Notes under the pieces: model-generated
What the model was told of the DNA's origin: nothing
Databases searched by the model: none
The model's input: only the letters and a program-made list of their open reading frames with translations
Shown here: one piece after another, positions 25,311-38,392 of the stretch
Layout: each line of letters begins with the position of its first letter
Position numbering within the stretch: position 1 is the first letter of the stretch
Assembly (NCBI RefSeq): GCF_963921235.1
Contig: NC_086097.1
Location: 140,308,001-140,372,000 of the forward strand
From: Mobula hypostoma
Lineage: Eukaryota
DNA: 64,000 nt
Direction: 5' to 3'
Position numbers and translations under genes: made by a program

Positions 25311-25511
25311 ATTTTCATTAAATTACAATTGGCTTATTTGCCGGACATTGTTACTTAAGATTCGAAGTAGTTATTAAAATTTGCTTGCCATTATCATCTG
25401 TATAAAACACAATGCATCACATCAAAATATATGGCAACCAATGATAATATACAAACTAGACAATCTTTCAAAAGGGATTAAACAACACACCTTGAAAATC
25501 TTATTGAATTT

Positions 25512-26052
25512 TTGTGTACAGTTCTAGTCACCAAATTATAGGAAGGATGTCAATAAAATTGAGAGAGTACAGAGGAGGTTTACTAAAATGTTGCCTGGGT
25601 TTCGTCTCCTAAGTTACAGAGAAAGGTTGAACAAGTTAGGTCTTTATTCTTTGGAGCGTAGAAAGTTGAGGGGAGACTGAATAGAGGTGTTTAAAATTAT
25701 GAGGGGGATTGATGGAGTTAACGTGGTTAGACTTTTTCTATTGAGAGTGGGGAAGATTCAAACAAGAGGGCATGGGTTGAGAATTAGAGGACAAAAGTTT
25801 AGGGGTAACGTGAGGGGGAACTTCTTTACTCAGAGAGTGGTAGCTGTGTGGAATGAGCTTCCAGCAGAAGTGGTTGAGGCAGATTCTATGTTGTCGTTTA
25901 AAGTTAAATTGGATAGATATATGGACAGGAAAGGAATGGAGGGTTATGGTCTGAGTACAGGTCGGTGGGAATAGGATAGGGTAAGAGTTCGGCACGGACT
26001 AGAAGGGCCGAGATGGCCTATTTCCGTGCTGTAATTGTTATATGGTTATATG
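25512..26052 (+). mobile_element. CR1 LINE 3' fragment
   Basis: FKIMRGIDGV...NFFTQRVVAVWNELP and tail 'ttatatggttatatg'. Confidence 0.9.
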
Positions 26053-26272
26053 AAAACACTCGCAGACTGATTGCAAGTAACTCCTATTCACAAGTTCCTG
26101 CTATTTTGAGTTTTGACTCTAGATAGCAAAATGAAGTTCCTATTAAAGTTGATACTCTGCTGGCATTACATGAAATGTCACAATTCCAAATTAGTTATTG
26201 TATCAAGAATTTTGAAGTTTATGGCTGTAAGTATGCCAAGACAAAATTAAATATCCATCATTGAAGCAAGTA

Positions 26273-27113
26273 CAGTAGATTCCAGTTAATTGGGGCTACA
26301 GCTTATTTGGGATAAATCTTAAAGAACAAAAACTAATCAAAATATAGCTGTAATTCCTTTTGTTTATTTGGGCCACTATACCACTTAATTGGGACAGGAG
26401 ACTTGCTGAAATTTCTAACCAGTACCAGTCGAGTGCACTTCTTGAGTGGCTATTAAACCGTACAAAGTGCTTAGAGCAAACAGTTTTTAAATAGACAAGC
26501 AACATACATCAAAGTTGCTGGTGAACGCAGCAGGCCAAGCAGCATCTATAGGAAGAGGCGCAGTCGACGTTTCAGGCCGAGACCCTTCGTAACATCGTAT
26601 CCTATAGATGCTGCCTGGCCTGCTGCGTTCACCAGCAACTTTGATGTATGTTGCTTGAATTTCCAGCATCTGCAGAATTCCTGTTGTTTGCATTTGATTT
26701 CATTACTTCAACAAGTTAGGAACTACAAATAATTTGAAGGTATCAACAATCATATTGAATGTTACAATGAAAATGAATAATTAGAGGATGCCATCATTGA
26801 AGGCATTGTACAAAGGCTGTCCACCATCTACACCAGGTGTCTGCATGATTTTGTTCATTTACAGTCAATCAAAGGAACACAGCAGCATACACTGAATGAA
26901 TTCCTCTGTCAATTACTATTAGGGACCAATACACAGTTTTATAATACTGTAGTAGTATAGTGTTCTAATTTGTTCTGTATTTCATTTTTTACTCAGTTAA
27001 ATGATAGTCTGTCTTTTTATAACTTTCTAACTATTTCCACAAAACTTTGGCTAACAGGAGCAGCCACTTAATTGTACTGGCTCCAATGCGTCCCAATTAA
27101 CCAGAATCCACTC
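26273..27113 (+). mobile_element. Tigger/pogo-like non-autonomous DNA transposon
   Basis: Imperfect TIRs cagtagattccagttaattggg / cccaattaaccagaatccactc, each flanked by TA (26271-26272, 27114-27115). Confidence 0.75.
26497..26692. mobile_element. Fold-back Penelope pLTR mini-insert inside the Tigger-like element
   Basis: Near-perfect inverted arms 'aagcaacatacatcaaagttgctggtgaacgcagcaggcc..gcagcatctatagg'. The minus arm carries a partial hammerhead. No TSD is visible. Confidence 0.85.
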
Positions 27114-27674
27114 TAAAATAATTTTAAAATGAACTTATTTCAGCACATATGTCACAAACTCTGGACTGGTGTACAGAATGTGAACTCACAAACTATGAAG
27201 AGTTACAAGCCAATGGAAACACTACAGCAGGCAAACAGCACACGCTTTCCCATATCTTTCATGTACAGCATTTCTCAAATTATCACTAGAGGTAAGATAC
27301 TTTCTAATTGTAGTCAGATGTGGTACATTGTAAGATCTTTAGTTGGCAGCATTCAGTGCCAGCCAACAATGCATTCCACACAATGGTTTTAAAATGTACA
27401 CTTCATAAAAAAGGTAGCTGAGATTTTGCAGGAGCACTGAAATTATTAGTGCATATCTCCATTATACATTATATTATTAACAGCTAATACATGAACTTGT
27501 GCATGCATGGTGTTAATGACTATTGAAGAGTAATGGGATTATGTGAATATATCAGCTATTAATTCAGACAAGAACTAGCCTTGAATTCTTAATGTAAATT
27601 GCAAGTAGTAATCAGTTTGAAGTTAAAAGAACACCCTTGTAAGTTATTTTTGCAAAAAAACTTTGCATATTTAA

Positions 27675-28520
27675 GTTAGCTGACAACACTACTGTTGTTG
27701 TCGAATCAAAGTTGCTGACAAATTGGCATAATGTAGGGAGATTGAAAATCTGGTTGAATGTGCCACATCAACTACCTCACACTTAACATCAGCAAAACCA
27801 AAGAGCTGATTATTGACAATAGGAGGAAGAAACCAGAAATCCTTGAGCCAGACCTCATTAGGGGATTGGAGGCGGAAAGGATCAGTAACTTTAAATTTCT
27901 TTGCACTATCATTTCAGAGGATTTGTTATAGAACCAGCATGTAAGCACCATTATAAAGAAGGTATTGCAGTGTTTCTGCTTTCTTAGAAGATTCTACAGA
28001 TTTGGCATACCATCTACAACTTTGACAAAGTTCTATAGATGTACAGTGGACTGTATCCTGACCGGTTGCATCAGTCTGGTATGGAAACGCCAATGCTCAA
28101 GAGCATAAAAGCCTACGAAAATTAGTGGATACTGCCCAGTTCATCACAGAAAAAAGCCTTCCCCACCATAGGAGCTTTGCCACAAGAAGCAGCATCCATC
28201 ATCAAGGAACTCCACCACCCAGGCTATATTATCACCTCACTGCTGTCATTGGGAAGAAGGTACCAGAACCTTAGGACCCATAGTTATTACCCTTCAACTA
28301 TCAGGCTCCTGAAGCAGCTCGGATAACTTCACTCACCTCAACACTGAAATGATTCCATAACCCATGGACTCACTTTCAAGGACTCTACAACTCATGCTCT
28401 CAGTATTATTTATTTACTTATTTCAGTAGTAGTAATAGTAGTAGTAGTAGTAGTAGTATTTGACAGTTTTTCTTCCATTGCAGATTAGTTGTTTGTTAGG
28501 CCTTGTGTGTAGTCTCTTCA
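27675..28520 (+). mobile_element. Rex1/Babar-type LINE 3' fragment with (AGT)n tract
   Basis: Translates to ADNTTVV...REIENLVE...LNISKTKELIID. (agt)n at ~28425-28458. Confidence 0.75.
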
Positions 28521-28599
28521 CCGATGAAAGGGACAACAGTTACAACTAAATGCAATAAGGCTTGTTACTGGGTAGAAGTGAAATTTGCTGCTACCTTAT

Positions 28600-29208
28600 T
28601 TGTTTGCCTTTACTCTTGCCATGTCTTGCTGTATTTAACATGTGCAATAAAACAAGTTACTAGGCAAAAGTGATTTTATTTTTACCTGAGTAAAAGTGAA
28701 ACTTACAATTTTCCTTTTTTGGCCTTAATATTTTCACGTCTATGCCAAACATAAGCTACTACTTAAAAATGACAGTTTGGAAGTAGTGACAATTGCATCT
28801 ATTGAATATTTGCACAAGCAATACATTAATAAAGCACCTTGTTAAATGTATAAAATGTGTCTGCATCAGTGTTATCTTGTATTTCCATACAATGTTACAT
28901 TAGGCTGTTACACATCTATTGTCAGATGTTGTTGTGGTGCTGGAGGTTGAGTTCAAGAAAACAATGAAATGCCGTGCTGCCGCCACCATTAGTTCCGGCA
29001 CGTCATGCCAGCGTTTTTAAAAAGCCCCGGTTACCCCGTACACACTACACCACCCAACCGGCGTTTTCAGATTTAAACACTCTGGAGAGCGTTTTAGAAA
29101 AGCTCCATTTTTGGGGGAGGAAAACGCCGTTTCAATGTGGGCGGAGGGTCAAAACGAAGAGAAAAAGCTTCGGTTACGGATTTATCCAGTCTAGTGTGGA
29201 TGTAGCCT
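28600..29208 (-). mobile_element. PIF/Harbinger-like non-autonomous element, one end only
   Basis: Terminus 'tttatccagtctagtgtggatgtagcct' and a CpG-rich internal hairpin region ('cacactac...ggcgttttc...gaaaacgcc...tgtgg'). The left boundary is uncertain. Confidence 0.5.
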
Positions 29209-29340
29209 GAGCCTTCTGAGGTGTCTTACCAATTACAATGTGCTTCCATTGTAAATATATACTTCAAAGGAACCATTTTTCAGACACAAAGTACTGAAGT
29301 AAACTGTGGAAATTGTATTAAGTCACCTGCTGTTTCTTTG

Positions 29341-29503
29341 ATAGAAGAAAAAGAAATCTGCAGCACATTACAGGTCCTTCGACCCACAATGTTGTGCCAA
29401 CCATGTAACCTACTCCAGAAACTGCCCAGAATTTCCCTACCACATAGCTCTCTATTTTTCTAAGCTTGATGTACCTATCTAAAAGCATCTTAAAGAGACC
29501 CTT
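29341..29503 (-). mobile_element. CR1 3' tail fragment
   Basis: Matches the reverse complement of 13520-13680. Confidence 0.8.
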
Positions 29504-29649
29504 GATTTTAAGAGTATAAGAACGTGATGTACTTTGAGTTTGGGAGACTCGACCAAAAGAGTCTGTCCAAGAGAATGGGGACAAAGGTGAGGCCCTTACT
29601 AAGGACAGAGCATGATGCCTCCGACAGTCGAAGGTCGGAGGGGATGGTA

Positions 29650-29738
29650 AAGAAGGGTCTCGGCCTGAAACGTCAACTGTACCTCTTCCTAGAAATGCTG
29701 CCTGGCCTGCTGCGTTCACCAGCAACTTTGATGTGTGT
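29650..29738 (+). mobile_element. Penelope pLTR single arm
   Basis: 'gaagggtctcggcctgaaacgtcaactgtacctcttcctagaaatgctgcc...gatgtgtgt'. Confidence 0.8.
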
Positions 29739-30639
29739 CCAAGAGAATGTCTGTTTATAATGATGAATAAAGACGTTCATATCCACCAGCTTCTCCAATG
29801 ACTTGGTCACACTCACAACACATGATTTTATGTAAAGGTCCTCAAGCTGCTGACCTCCTTCCCAGGCTTTGAATTTGTAGCTTTCTCCATCAGAATAATG
29901 AGAAATAAAAAATGTGGATAAATTCATATACTGTACATATATGCACTAGCTGTGCTATAAAATGCTTTATTGCAGGATATCAAAGCAATATTTTAATAAG
30001 CATTAACATGACAACTCCAAAAACCTGATTTTTTAATGTAGATTATAATTCTCTTCAGTATTTCAAACTCTAAAGAGTTTGAATGTGTATTTAAAAATAT
30101 GAAATTGTGTTCCATTTAACTACAATCTTCCAAACTTTAATGACTGTAAAATGTTGCTAATAATAGTTAAAGATTGCAGTAGTTCCTTCCTGCTCTGTTA
30201 TATGCAAGAAATCTTCAATGTGACTGGCTGCTCAACTGCATAGTGACACCACTATTCTGGATGTTGTTATTCACGCTTAATAATGAGTTGCAAAAATATT
30301 TTGATCTGTCTCACCAACTTCTCAGTCCCAGTTATGTGACATGTTATCACATTTCCCTACCCCAGCCCACTTGGAAACAGGTGCGTATTCCACCTTGTAA
30401 CTGACAATCGAGAAATGGGAGCACATAATTTGTCTTACTGGAATCTCACTCGTCTTCTCTCGCAAACACAAAACACCCCAAGAGAGAGAAAAGTAGGTTA
30501 ACACCAATGAAAGTATAGAACACCTCCAGAAAAGTGTAACTAGTCCCTCCCCAACATCTCCTGGAGGTTAATTCCATCTAAGCCATTTTCTCCCTAACCT
30601 GAAACAAGGCAATCTATGGCTGAATATATACTTCGATAA

Positions 30640-31005
30640 ATATTGTGTTAAGAATTTTAAGGAAGCTTAAGGACTTGACATACAGTTAACGTTTCTCCTG
30701 GCTGGGATGCTCAACGCTGAGGATTAAAATCTCAAAAGCAGTCAGTAATTCAGGAATGAGGGACAGAAAATCCTCATGAAGTGGGGTGATGAACCTTTGC
30801 AATTCTTTTTTCAAGAGAGTTGTAGATGCTCACTCATTGGAGATGCTCAGCCACTGTAGAAGGTGGATATGTTCAAATATTAAGGTAATCTAATGATGTT
30901 GGTTTAGTGCAAAATAATGCTACTGAGTTAAAAGTTCTGCCATGATGAATTTGAAAGATGCAGTATGAATACTCTTCTGCTTCTATCAGGTATGTTCTTA
31001 TGAAT
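30640..31005 (+). mobile_element. Old CR1 3' fragment
   Basis: Degenerate similarity to CR1 3' ends, finishing in 'cttctgcttctat...tatgttcttatg'. Confidence 0.5.
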
Positions 31006-32538
31006 TCTTTACACAAGAAGAGGGCTAATGGAATACAGAGTCTGTACAAAGATAGCAGCTGCAGAAACCATCACAAACTTAATAGGAATAGTGGATAAGT
31101 ATTTGAGAGGGGAAGATACAGGGCTATGGAGTGCATAGGTCATAAATTAGAATCTGATATGTCTCTGGAAAAGATGGTGAACACACACACACAAACAAAC
31201 ACACACCATGGCTGGAAGATTTCCTTGAGAGTAGAAACAACAATGGTGACTGATTTGTAATTTTTAAAAAATTATTCACTAGTTTCTTGGACCACAATGT
31301 TTTAATGAATATATTTGAAAATAAAACATTACAGAAATAATAATTTCAAGTAGTAATCTCAGGGCGATTTCCAGATTACAACTGACCCATGGTTTATATC
31401 CTCCAATGACACCTCTGATTAACCTGCATCAGGGTCCTGGTCTTTCAGAGAATCCATATCACATACCTGATCATATTTAACATAAGCAAATTCACTGAAA
31501 CTTAACAAAGCAGCAAAGAGATTTTATGACAAGAGGAAACTTTCATCTGCAGAGACTGGCAGATGTGAATTGGCAGATTGTGGAGATGTGAACAATGCAC
31601 ACCCAAAGAAATGGTTTCTACTAACGCTGATTTTAAAAAATTAAAAGATTTCATTTTTCTCACACTGCTTATATCCCTGCCCCATTCTTGCCTCAAGTCT
31701 ATCCTTGCCAGAACAGTATAAACAATTTTGCAGAGAAACAGCTGAATGAATTATAAAATTCCCAAACAAAACCGGTAGATTTGGTTCTATTCCCTGCTCA
31801 GTGGTTGATGCGTCCAGGAAGAAATGTGAACTGTTCCATTGTCTCAGCTGAGTTTGAGAGGCTAAAAATCAGCAAGGATTCCTGCCTCACATTGCTATTT
31901 AGTGACAGGGATGCACACTGGATGAAGATAGGAATGGACCTTGTGCAACTGAAACAGCCTATCGACTGCCATGCAGCGCACAAGCAAGGGTTGGCAATGG
32001 TTCAAAAAGTATCCAGGGTGCAAGTATCATGGAACTGTTCCACAAGGACAGATCAGCCACTTCTGGGGTAGAGGAGGGGACATGTTAACAGCAAGCCCAG
32101 AATGAAGAGAAGTAAGTTGGCGATATATTGTGTGTACTTCTTTCAGTTTTGCAGGAAACAGAACTTTATGATAATATCACCACTAAGTGGTATATTCTCT
32201 GCCAGTAATTTCTCACTCTCCTTATTCAGTCCCTCAGGTTCAAAGAGAACTAGTTGCACTGGATTCTGAAGTGGCTAAATTGGCCATGGATGGAGCAGGA
32301 ATTGGCTGATGGGGCAGGCGGGCAGGCAGGCAGGTGGGAGAGTAGGTTGTGAGGTGGCTTATTCCTTCTGCCACACAGACACATAGTCTCCATGTGGACC
32401 TGATGCATTGCCTTGTGGTTTCCCAGGAGTCTGTGAGGAAACAACATTTCTACAAGGAGGCTTTGAAAACCCACTTATCACTTCTTCTGCCCACTGTGAT
32501 AACTTCCTGTTAGAGAGCTTGAATAAGGAAGGGTTGAA

Positions 32539-32635
32539 ACACACACAAAATGCTGGAGGAACTCAGCAGGCCAGGCAGCCTCTATGGAAAAGAGTACAGT
32601 TGGCGTTTCAGGCCGAGACCCTTCATCGGGACTCC
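32539..32635 (-). mobile_element. Penelope pLTR single arm with mutated hammerhead
   Basis: The minus strand reads agtc-ccgatga-agggtctcggcct-gaaacgcc-aact at 32598-32633. Confidence 0.85.
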
Positions 32636-34349
32636 TTCTCTAGTTTTTCTACAAAGCTTGTAAAAAGGAGTTTTCTGGCTCAACAAGAAAGCTTGTGGAG
32701 GCAGTTGTGGGGCATCTCCAAGTGCTGGTTAACAGAGCACACGGTACAGGTGCTGATTTGTTGTCCAGTAGCCTGGCAACACCATGGCCATTACCTGCAG
32801 ATGCAAACTGCTGCATAGTCTGGCTGATGCTCAAAATAAGTGTATAGTTACCCAACCTGAGGTTAAATACATACCAGATTCATGTTTGGTTTTTCTCAAA
32901 CATTACTCGCTCTTGGGTGGGGTTCAGACTGACTGCAGCTAGATCAGATTAAATTTTTATATCCAATCAAACCTCTATATGGCACCATTCCTGCAGTGAT
33001 TTAAGGAGGCAACATACTTTAGCTACATTCGGGGAAATAGGGGTGGACACTGGTGAACAGCCTGGTCTGTCACTCAGATCACAGACACATAAAAGGCAGC
33101 ACACGCCTGATGAGCCTTTCCTACCCTCCTCAATCACTAGGATCCTTTACTGCAGCCATACATTTTAGGAAATCTTCAATAACTTGCAGTTAATTACTTT
33201 CTTTCACACTGTGCCCGTAACACCCACACTCTTCATGGGATGACAGAAATATACAATTATGTCAGCAAGTCAAACAAAGAATGTCCTACAGTGAAGATAC
33301 AAAGGTAACAGTTTAGTTAATTAAAAAGATCAAGGCTGTCAATCACAAGCCAACATTATCTATTATTTTGGTGTAATTCCCTGCATAACTACAGCTCTAG
33401 AAGCAAAACTCCTGCGGCAATGTTTGGAGCCTCAAACTCAACCAGTGGTTAAATCATGGGGATAATCAGGCTGAAAACATTTAACAATTCAAAGTTCCAC
33501 CAAATCAACGCTCCCTAAGTTACTTTGTGGGAGTTGCCCTGGGGCAAACACCTGTCCTTCACAAGTCATTACTTGCTTCCCTGGCCCCTATCAGCCTTTA
33601 CATTTGCGTGAATGGATTTCTTCATTTGGGACTGAATAGCCTACTTCAGCCAACCCTTTAGGTCCAAACTCCAAAATTAATTGTAACCTTCAGTGGGTGA
33701 TCACCCCTCTGCAGTGACTCAGTAATGTAACTGTAACTTGTCATTGGGTATTGTAATTGCATCATTCCAGTCATCATGAAACAGAAACAACGCTTTAAAT
33801 AAAGGCAAGTTTTGCCATGCCCCAGCAGCCACCCATTGCTGACATCTACAGACTTAACTCACACAAATACATGCTAAGATAATAGCAGTACAATGTAAAT
33901 GTCGTGCCCTTTCATGTCTTATCTACTAGGAGGATTGGGCCCCACAGCTACTGTAAGTGAATTACTGAATTTCCTACAACACTCTTATTGTGCAGATGCC
34001 CAGAGGCCAGGAGAAAAGCAATGTTCAAAAGCTCGAAATATTTGCTGATCCACATTCAAGCAGAACTAATTAGCTGCAGCACATATTCAAATACCTTGTG
34101 ATCAGAAGCATAAGCTCAGTCCAATAGACCCTAACACATCATCTTCCTTCCTGCCTCCATAGCAATATGCAATCCCTAAGCTGATCAAAAGGCAGAAAGA
34201 ATTTCACAATGTGCAGAAGGAAATTACATTTGGGACTGTACACTAGAACATCACATTTCTCTACCTGGTGTATACACAGATTAGAAAAGTTTATGGCTGC
34301 TCAGTTTACAAACATCAGGTATGCTACATAGAAGTACAATGGGCCACAC

Positions 34350-34870
34350 CACATGTAACAACCACGGGGCAGGAAGTGACGGGATGATGACTACTCAGGA
34401 CAATGCGGCAAGAGCCAAGTCCGTGACACCAAGGTTGCATCAATGCACAGGAAGGAAGAATGAGACTTGAAGAGTACAGTGATGGGGGATTCCAAGGCAA
34501 AGGGAACAGATAGCATTTCTGCAGTTGTCTCTGTGATGCTCAGATCACATACAGTACATCATGGAAGAGCAGCAAAGTATTCTTAAAATTCAAAGACCAG
34601 TGTGGCAGTATATATTGATACCAATGACATGGGGGGAAAGGGACGAGCCAATAGGATGAACTTGGGAGTTAGGAGATCAATTTAAAAATGAAACATAGGA
34701 ATAACCTCAGGATTACATCCAGTGAGCATTAGAACAGGAGAACAGACCAGGTGAATGCATAGTTGGAGATATGGTGCCCCAGGGAGGGAATTCAGATTCT
34801 TACAAAACTGGGACTAATTCTGGGGATGGTGAGACTTGTATAAGCAGGGCCTCTTACACCAAGGAATAAA
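34350..34870 (+). pseudogene. Degraded CR1 ORF1 esterase remnant
   Basis: VMGDSKAKGTD and IDTND peptides are colinear with ORF1 at 14250-14700. Confidence 0.6.
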
Positions 34871-35299
34871 CCTCAAAGGCAGGGTTATAGGAGGATGATT
34901 AGGTTGAGATGTCTTTGGATTGAGTTAAGCTATCTAAATTCTGATCAAAACAAACAACTTTATTGTATTTGGTATCATCACATATTGAACTGAAAACCAA
35001 ATGTGCTATTTAACAAGGATATCAAATCTACAGTATGTTTGCAAATGAATGGCTTAGCACAAGGAAGTAAGAGCATCAAAAAGGCTAGTCACCCCATTAA
35101 AGATACCATGTCATTCAATATGATCATGGCTGATGTGCCCCAGCCCTCAATACCCCTCCACTATTCCAGTTGCCTAGGGTCCAGAGTTCAGAGTTCAAAG
35201 TAAATGTTACATATATGTCCGCCATACGCAACCCTGAGATTCATTTTCATAGTTCCCAAATTGTTCAAAAATATGTCTACCTAACTTCCTCACAACCCT

Positions 35300-37092
35300 T
35301 AGGGGAGGTTCGAGGGTGTCAGGGGGCAGAAGTGTGTGAATTTTCCATTACTTAGGAGAAGGTTTTTGGGAAACAGAAAGGTCTGAAGTCACCTGGACCA
35401 GATGGTGTACACCCCAGGTTTGTGAACGAGGTGGCTGAAGAGATTGTTCTGGAGGACTGGAAAATTGCAAATGTCACTCCATTCTTCAAGAAGACAGAGA
35501 AGCAGAAGAACATAAAAATATAAGAAATAGGAACAAGAGTAGGCCATCAGCCCATCAAGCCTGCTCTGCCATTCAAAAAGATTGCGGCTGATATGGCCAT
35601 GGACTCATCTCCATCTACAAAGTATCTGCCTTTCCCCCTCATAATCCTTCATTTTCCTACTATGCAAAAATCTATCCAACCCTGTCTTAAATATATTTAC
35701 TGAGGTAGCCTCCACTGCTTCATTGGGCAAATTCCACAGATTCAAAACTCTCTGGGAAAAGCAATTCCTCCTCATCTCCGTCCTAAATCTACTCCCCCGA
35801 ATCTTGAGGCTATGTCCCCTAGTTCTAGTCTCACCTACCCATGGAAACAACTTTCCTGCCTCTATTTTATCTATCCCTTTCATAATTTTATATGTTTCTA
35901 TAAGATTTCCTCTCATTCTTCTGAATTCCAGCGAGTACAGTCTCAAGCAACTCAATCTCCCCTCACAGTCTAACCCCCTCATCTCTGGAATCAACCTGGT
36001 GAACTTCCTCAGCATTGCCTCCAAAGTCAGAGAGGAAGCTATAAAAGGAAACTATAGGCCAGTTAGTCTGACCGCAGTTGTTGGGCCTGTGTTGGTACAG
36101 CTTCTTTTATGATATATGTCAATAATTTGGATGATGGAACTGATGGTTCTGTGGTCAAGTTTGTAGATGATACAAGGTAGGTGAACGAGCAGGGAGTTTT
36201 GAGGAAGCAGAGAGGCTAAGAAGGACCTAGACAGATTAGGAGAATGAGCAAAGAAGTGGCAGATGGAATATAGTGTCAGGAAGTGTATGGTCATGCACAT
36301 TGCTAGAAGAAATAAAAGCAAAGACTATTTTCTAAATGGAGAGAAAATTCAAAAATCTGAGGTGCAAAGGGACTTGAGAGTCTTCATGCAGGATTCCCCA
36401 AAGTTTCATTTGCAGATTGAGTCAGTAGCGAGAAAGGAAAATGAAATGTTAGCATTCATTTCGAGTGGACTAGAATATAAAAGTAAGGATGCAAGGTTGA
36501 GGCTTTACAAAGCACTGGTGAGGACTCACTTGGAGTATTGTGAGCAGTTTTGGGCCCTTTATTTAAGATAGGACGTGCTGACAATTGAGAAGGTTCAAAG
36601 GAAGTTCAAGACAATTATTCCAGAATTTAAAGTTTCATCGATGAGGAGCATTTGATGGCTCTGGGTCTCTACTCACTGGAATTCAGAAGAATGAGGGGTG
36701 AGCTCATTGAAACTTTTCGAATGTTGAAAGGCCTTAATAGAGTGGGTGTGGAGAGGATGCTTCCCATGGTGGGGGAGTCTTAAGACCAGAGGACACAGCC
36801 TCAGGATACAGAGACATCTATTTAGAACAGAGATGAGGAGGAATCTCTTTAGCCAGAGAATGGTGAACCTGTGGAATTTATTGCCGTAGGTGACTGTGGA
36901 GGCCAAGTTATTAGGCACATTTAAGGCAGAGGTTAATAGATTCTTGATTAGTCAAGGCATGAAGGGATACAGAGAGAATGCAGGAGATTGAGGCTGAGAG
37001 GGAAAATAGATCAGCCATTATGAAATGGCGGAGCAGATTCATTGGGCGAGATGGCCTAATTCTGCTCCTATGTTTTATTGTCTTATAGTCTA
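35300..37092 (+). mobile_element. CR1 LINE, truncated and internally deleted, with a nested antisense CR1
   Basis: KSPGPDG, EDWKIANV, NYRPVSLT and LVRTHLEYCEQFW segments, plus 3' hairpin and tail. Confidence 0.88.
35508..36026 (-). mobile_element. Nested CR1 3' fragment
   Basis: ORF 35605-36024 encodes a CR1 ORF2 C-terminus; tail 'cataaaaatataagaaatagg'. Confidence 0.88.
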
Positions 37093-37129
37093 AGCTCCGT
37101 GAGCTGCCAGCCAAATGTCATTGTGTATC

Positions 37130-37760
37130 ACCAGCGCTTTTTACCGAGTTCTACCCACTCACTCAACCCATCTTTTTCCAGTTGTAGAGCCTAAGTATCC
37201 TCATCACAACATGCCCTCTCCAATATTTTTGTATCATTTGCAAACTTGAATCCTATGCACTCTACTCCCTTCTCCAAGTCATTGGTGTAAATAGTTAATA
37301 TCTACTATGAAATGATCCTTGGGGCACTCCATCAGGACATCCTTATAGTTTAACCTGTTTAAATAGACAATGTGATAACCAGTCCTCAATCCATGCTAAC
37401 ACACAACACCCCCAATACCATTAGCTCTAACTTGTACACCAGCTTTTTCTGTGACACTTTGTCACATGCTACCTGAAAATCCAAATGGACATCTACAGCT
37501 CTCTCTCTCTCTAATGACTGTACAACAGGATAGAGATAAAGCAAGTGAATGTGTTAAATATGATTTACCCTTCACCAAGCATCACTGACTTGGCTGATTA
37601 TTTTAAGCCTTTCTAAATAATTTACCGATTTCTTCCTTGATCATTAACTCCAACATCTTTCCCACAATCAGTGTTAACCTATCTAGTTTATAGTTTCCTG
37701 CTTTTGTACAAGGAGGGAATAAGCGAAGGAAGTTACATCTTCTAATTTCCAATCAGCTAG
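37130..37760 (-). mobile_element. Old CR1 RT remnant
   Basis: 'gtatcatttgcaaactt' reads KFANDT on the minus strand; GVPQGS-like 'gatccttggggcactcc'. Confidence 0.55.
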
Positions 37761-38392
37761 TATTTTTCTAGAACTATATGTTGTTTAACCAGTCACTCCA
37801 CTATCAATATAAGAAGAAACTAAATTTATCACCATATATATGCTCCAATAATTAGGAAGAAAATGGACTTTGTTTAAAACAATCTCCTAATGTTAATTGC
37901 TTAAGCATAGTGATTGTGTGTGTTATTTATGACACAGCAACTCTTTAGCCATTATTAATGAATAAGCCACTGAAATTTGACCAAATTTGGCAATTTTTCA
38001 AGCTGCACGTTTTGTAAAATTAGTTTTTAAATATCTCTACTACTGGAAATAAATAACTCTCATGTTCTTAGACATTTTACAAAAGGTTTCACAGTTTTTA
38101 TCTTTGAAAGCAGCATCAGCAACAGCTTCCTAACTATTGAACATGCCAATGTTTTGGAGTTACAAATGACTTTCTAATGAAGTGGGGCAACTTGTTTTCA
38201 TTAATCAAAGAGTTGGTAAATAAAGTACAGCAATCAGGAGAGGTAAGTGGCAATGTGCCAACCGTGTGCATCATTAGGATATGCAACAGGCAAAGAGCTG
38301 CATTGGAAGCAGGATCCAAAATAATTTTTATAAAGTAAATGGATAATATTCCAAACAGAGGCAACTGGGGTAAAGGTAAGGGTGATTGAATA

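Noticed and set aside
29673..29927. ORF sharing HYKQTF with the ORF at 3165-3419
   Set aside because: Only a ~17-bp match, no splice signals or recognisable domain; likely coincidence.
31467..31494. Minus-strand microexon (tttcag|...GATCAG|gtatgt, EFAYVKYDQ)
   Set aside because: 28 nt, not frame-preserving, and no recognisable protein; cannot be told from chance.
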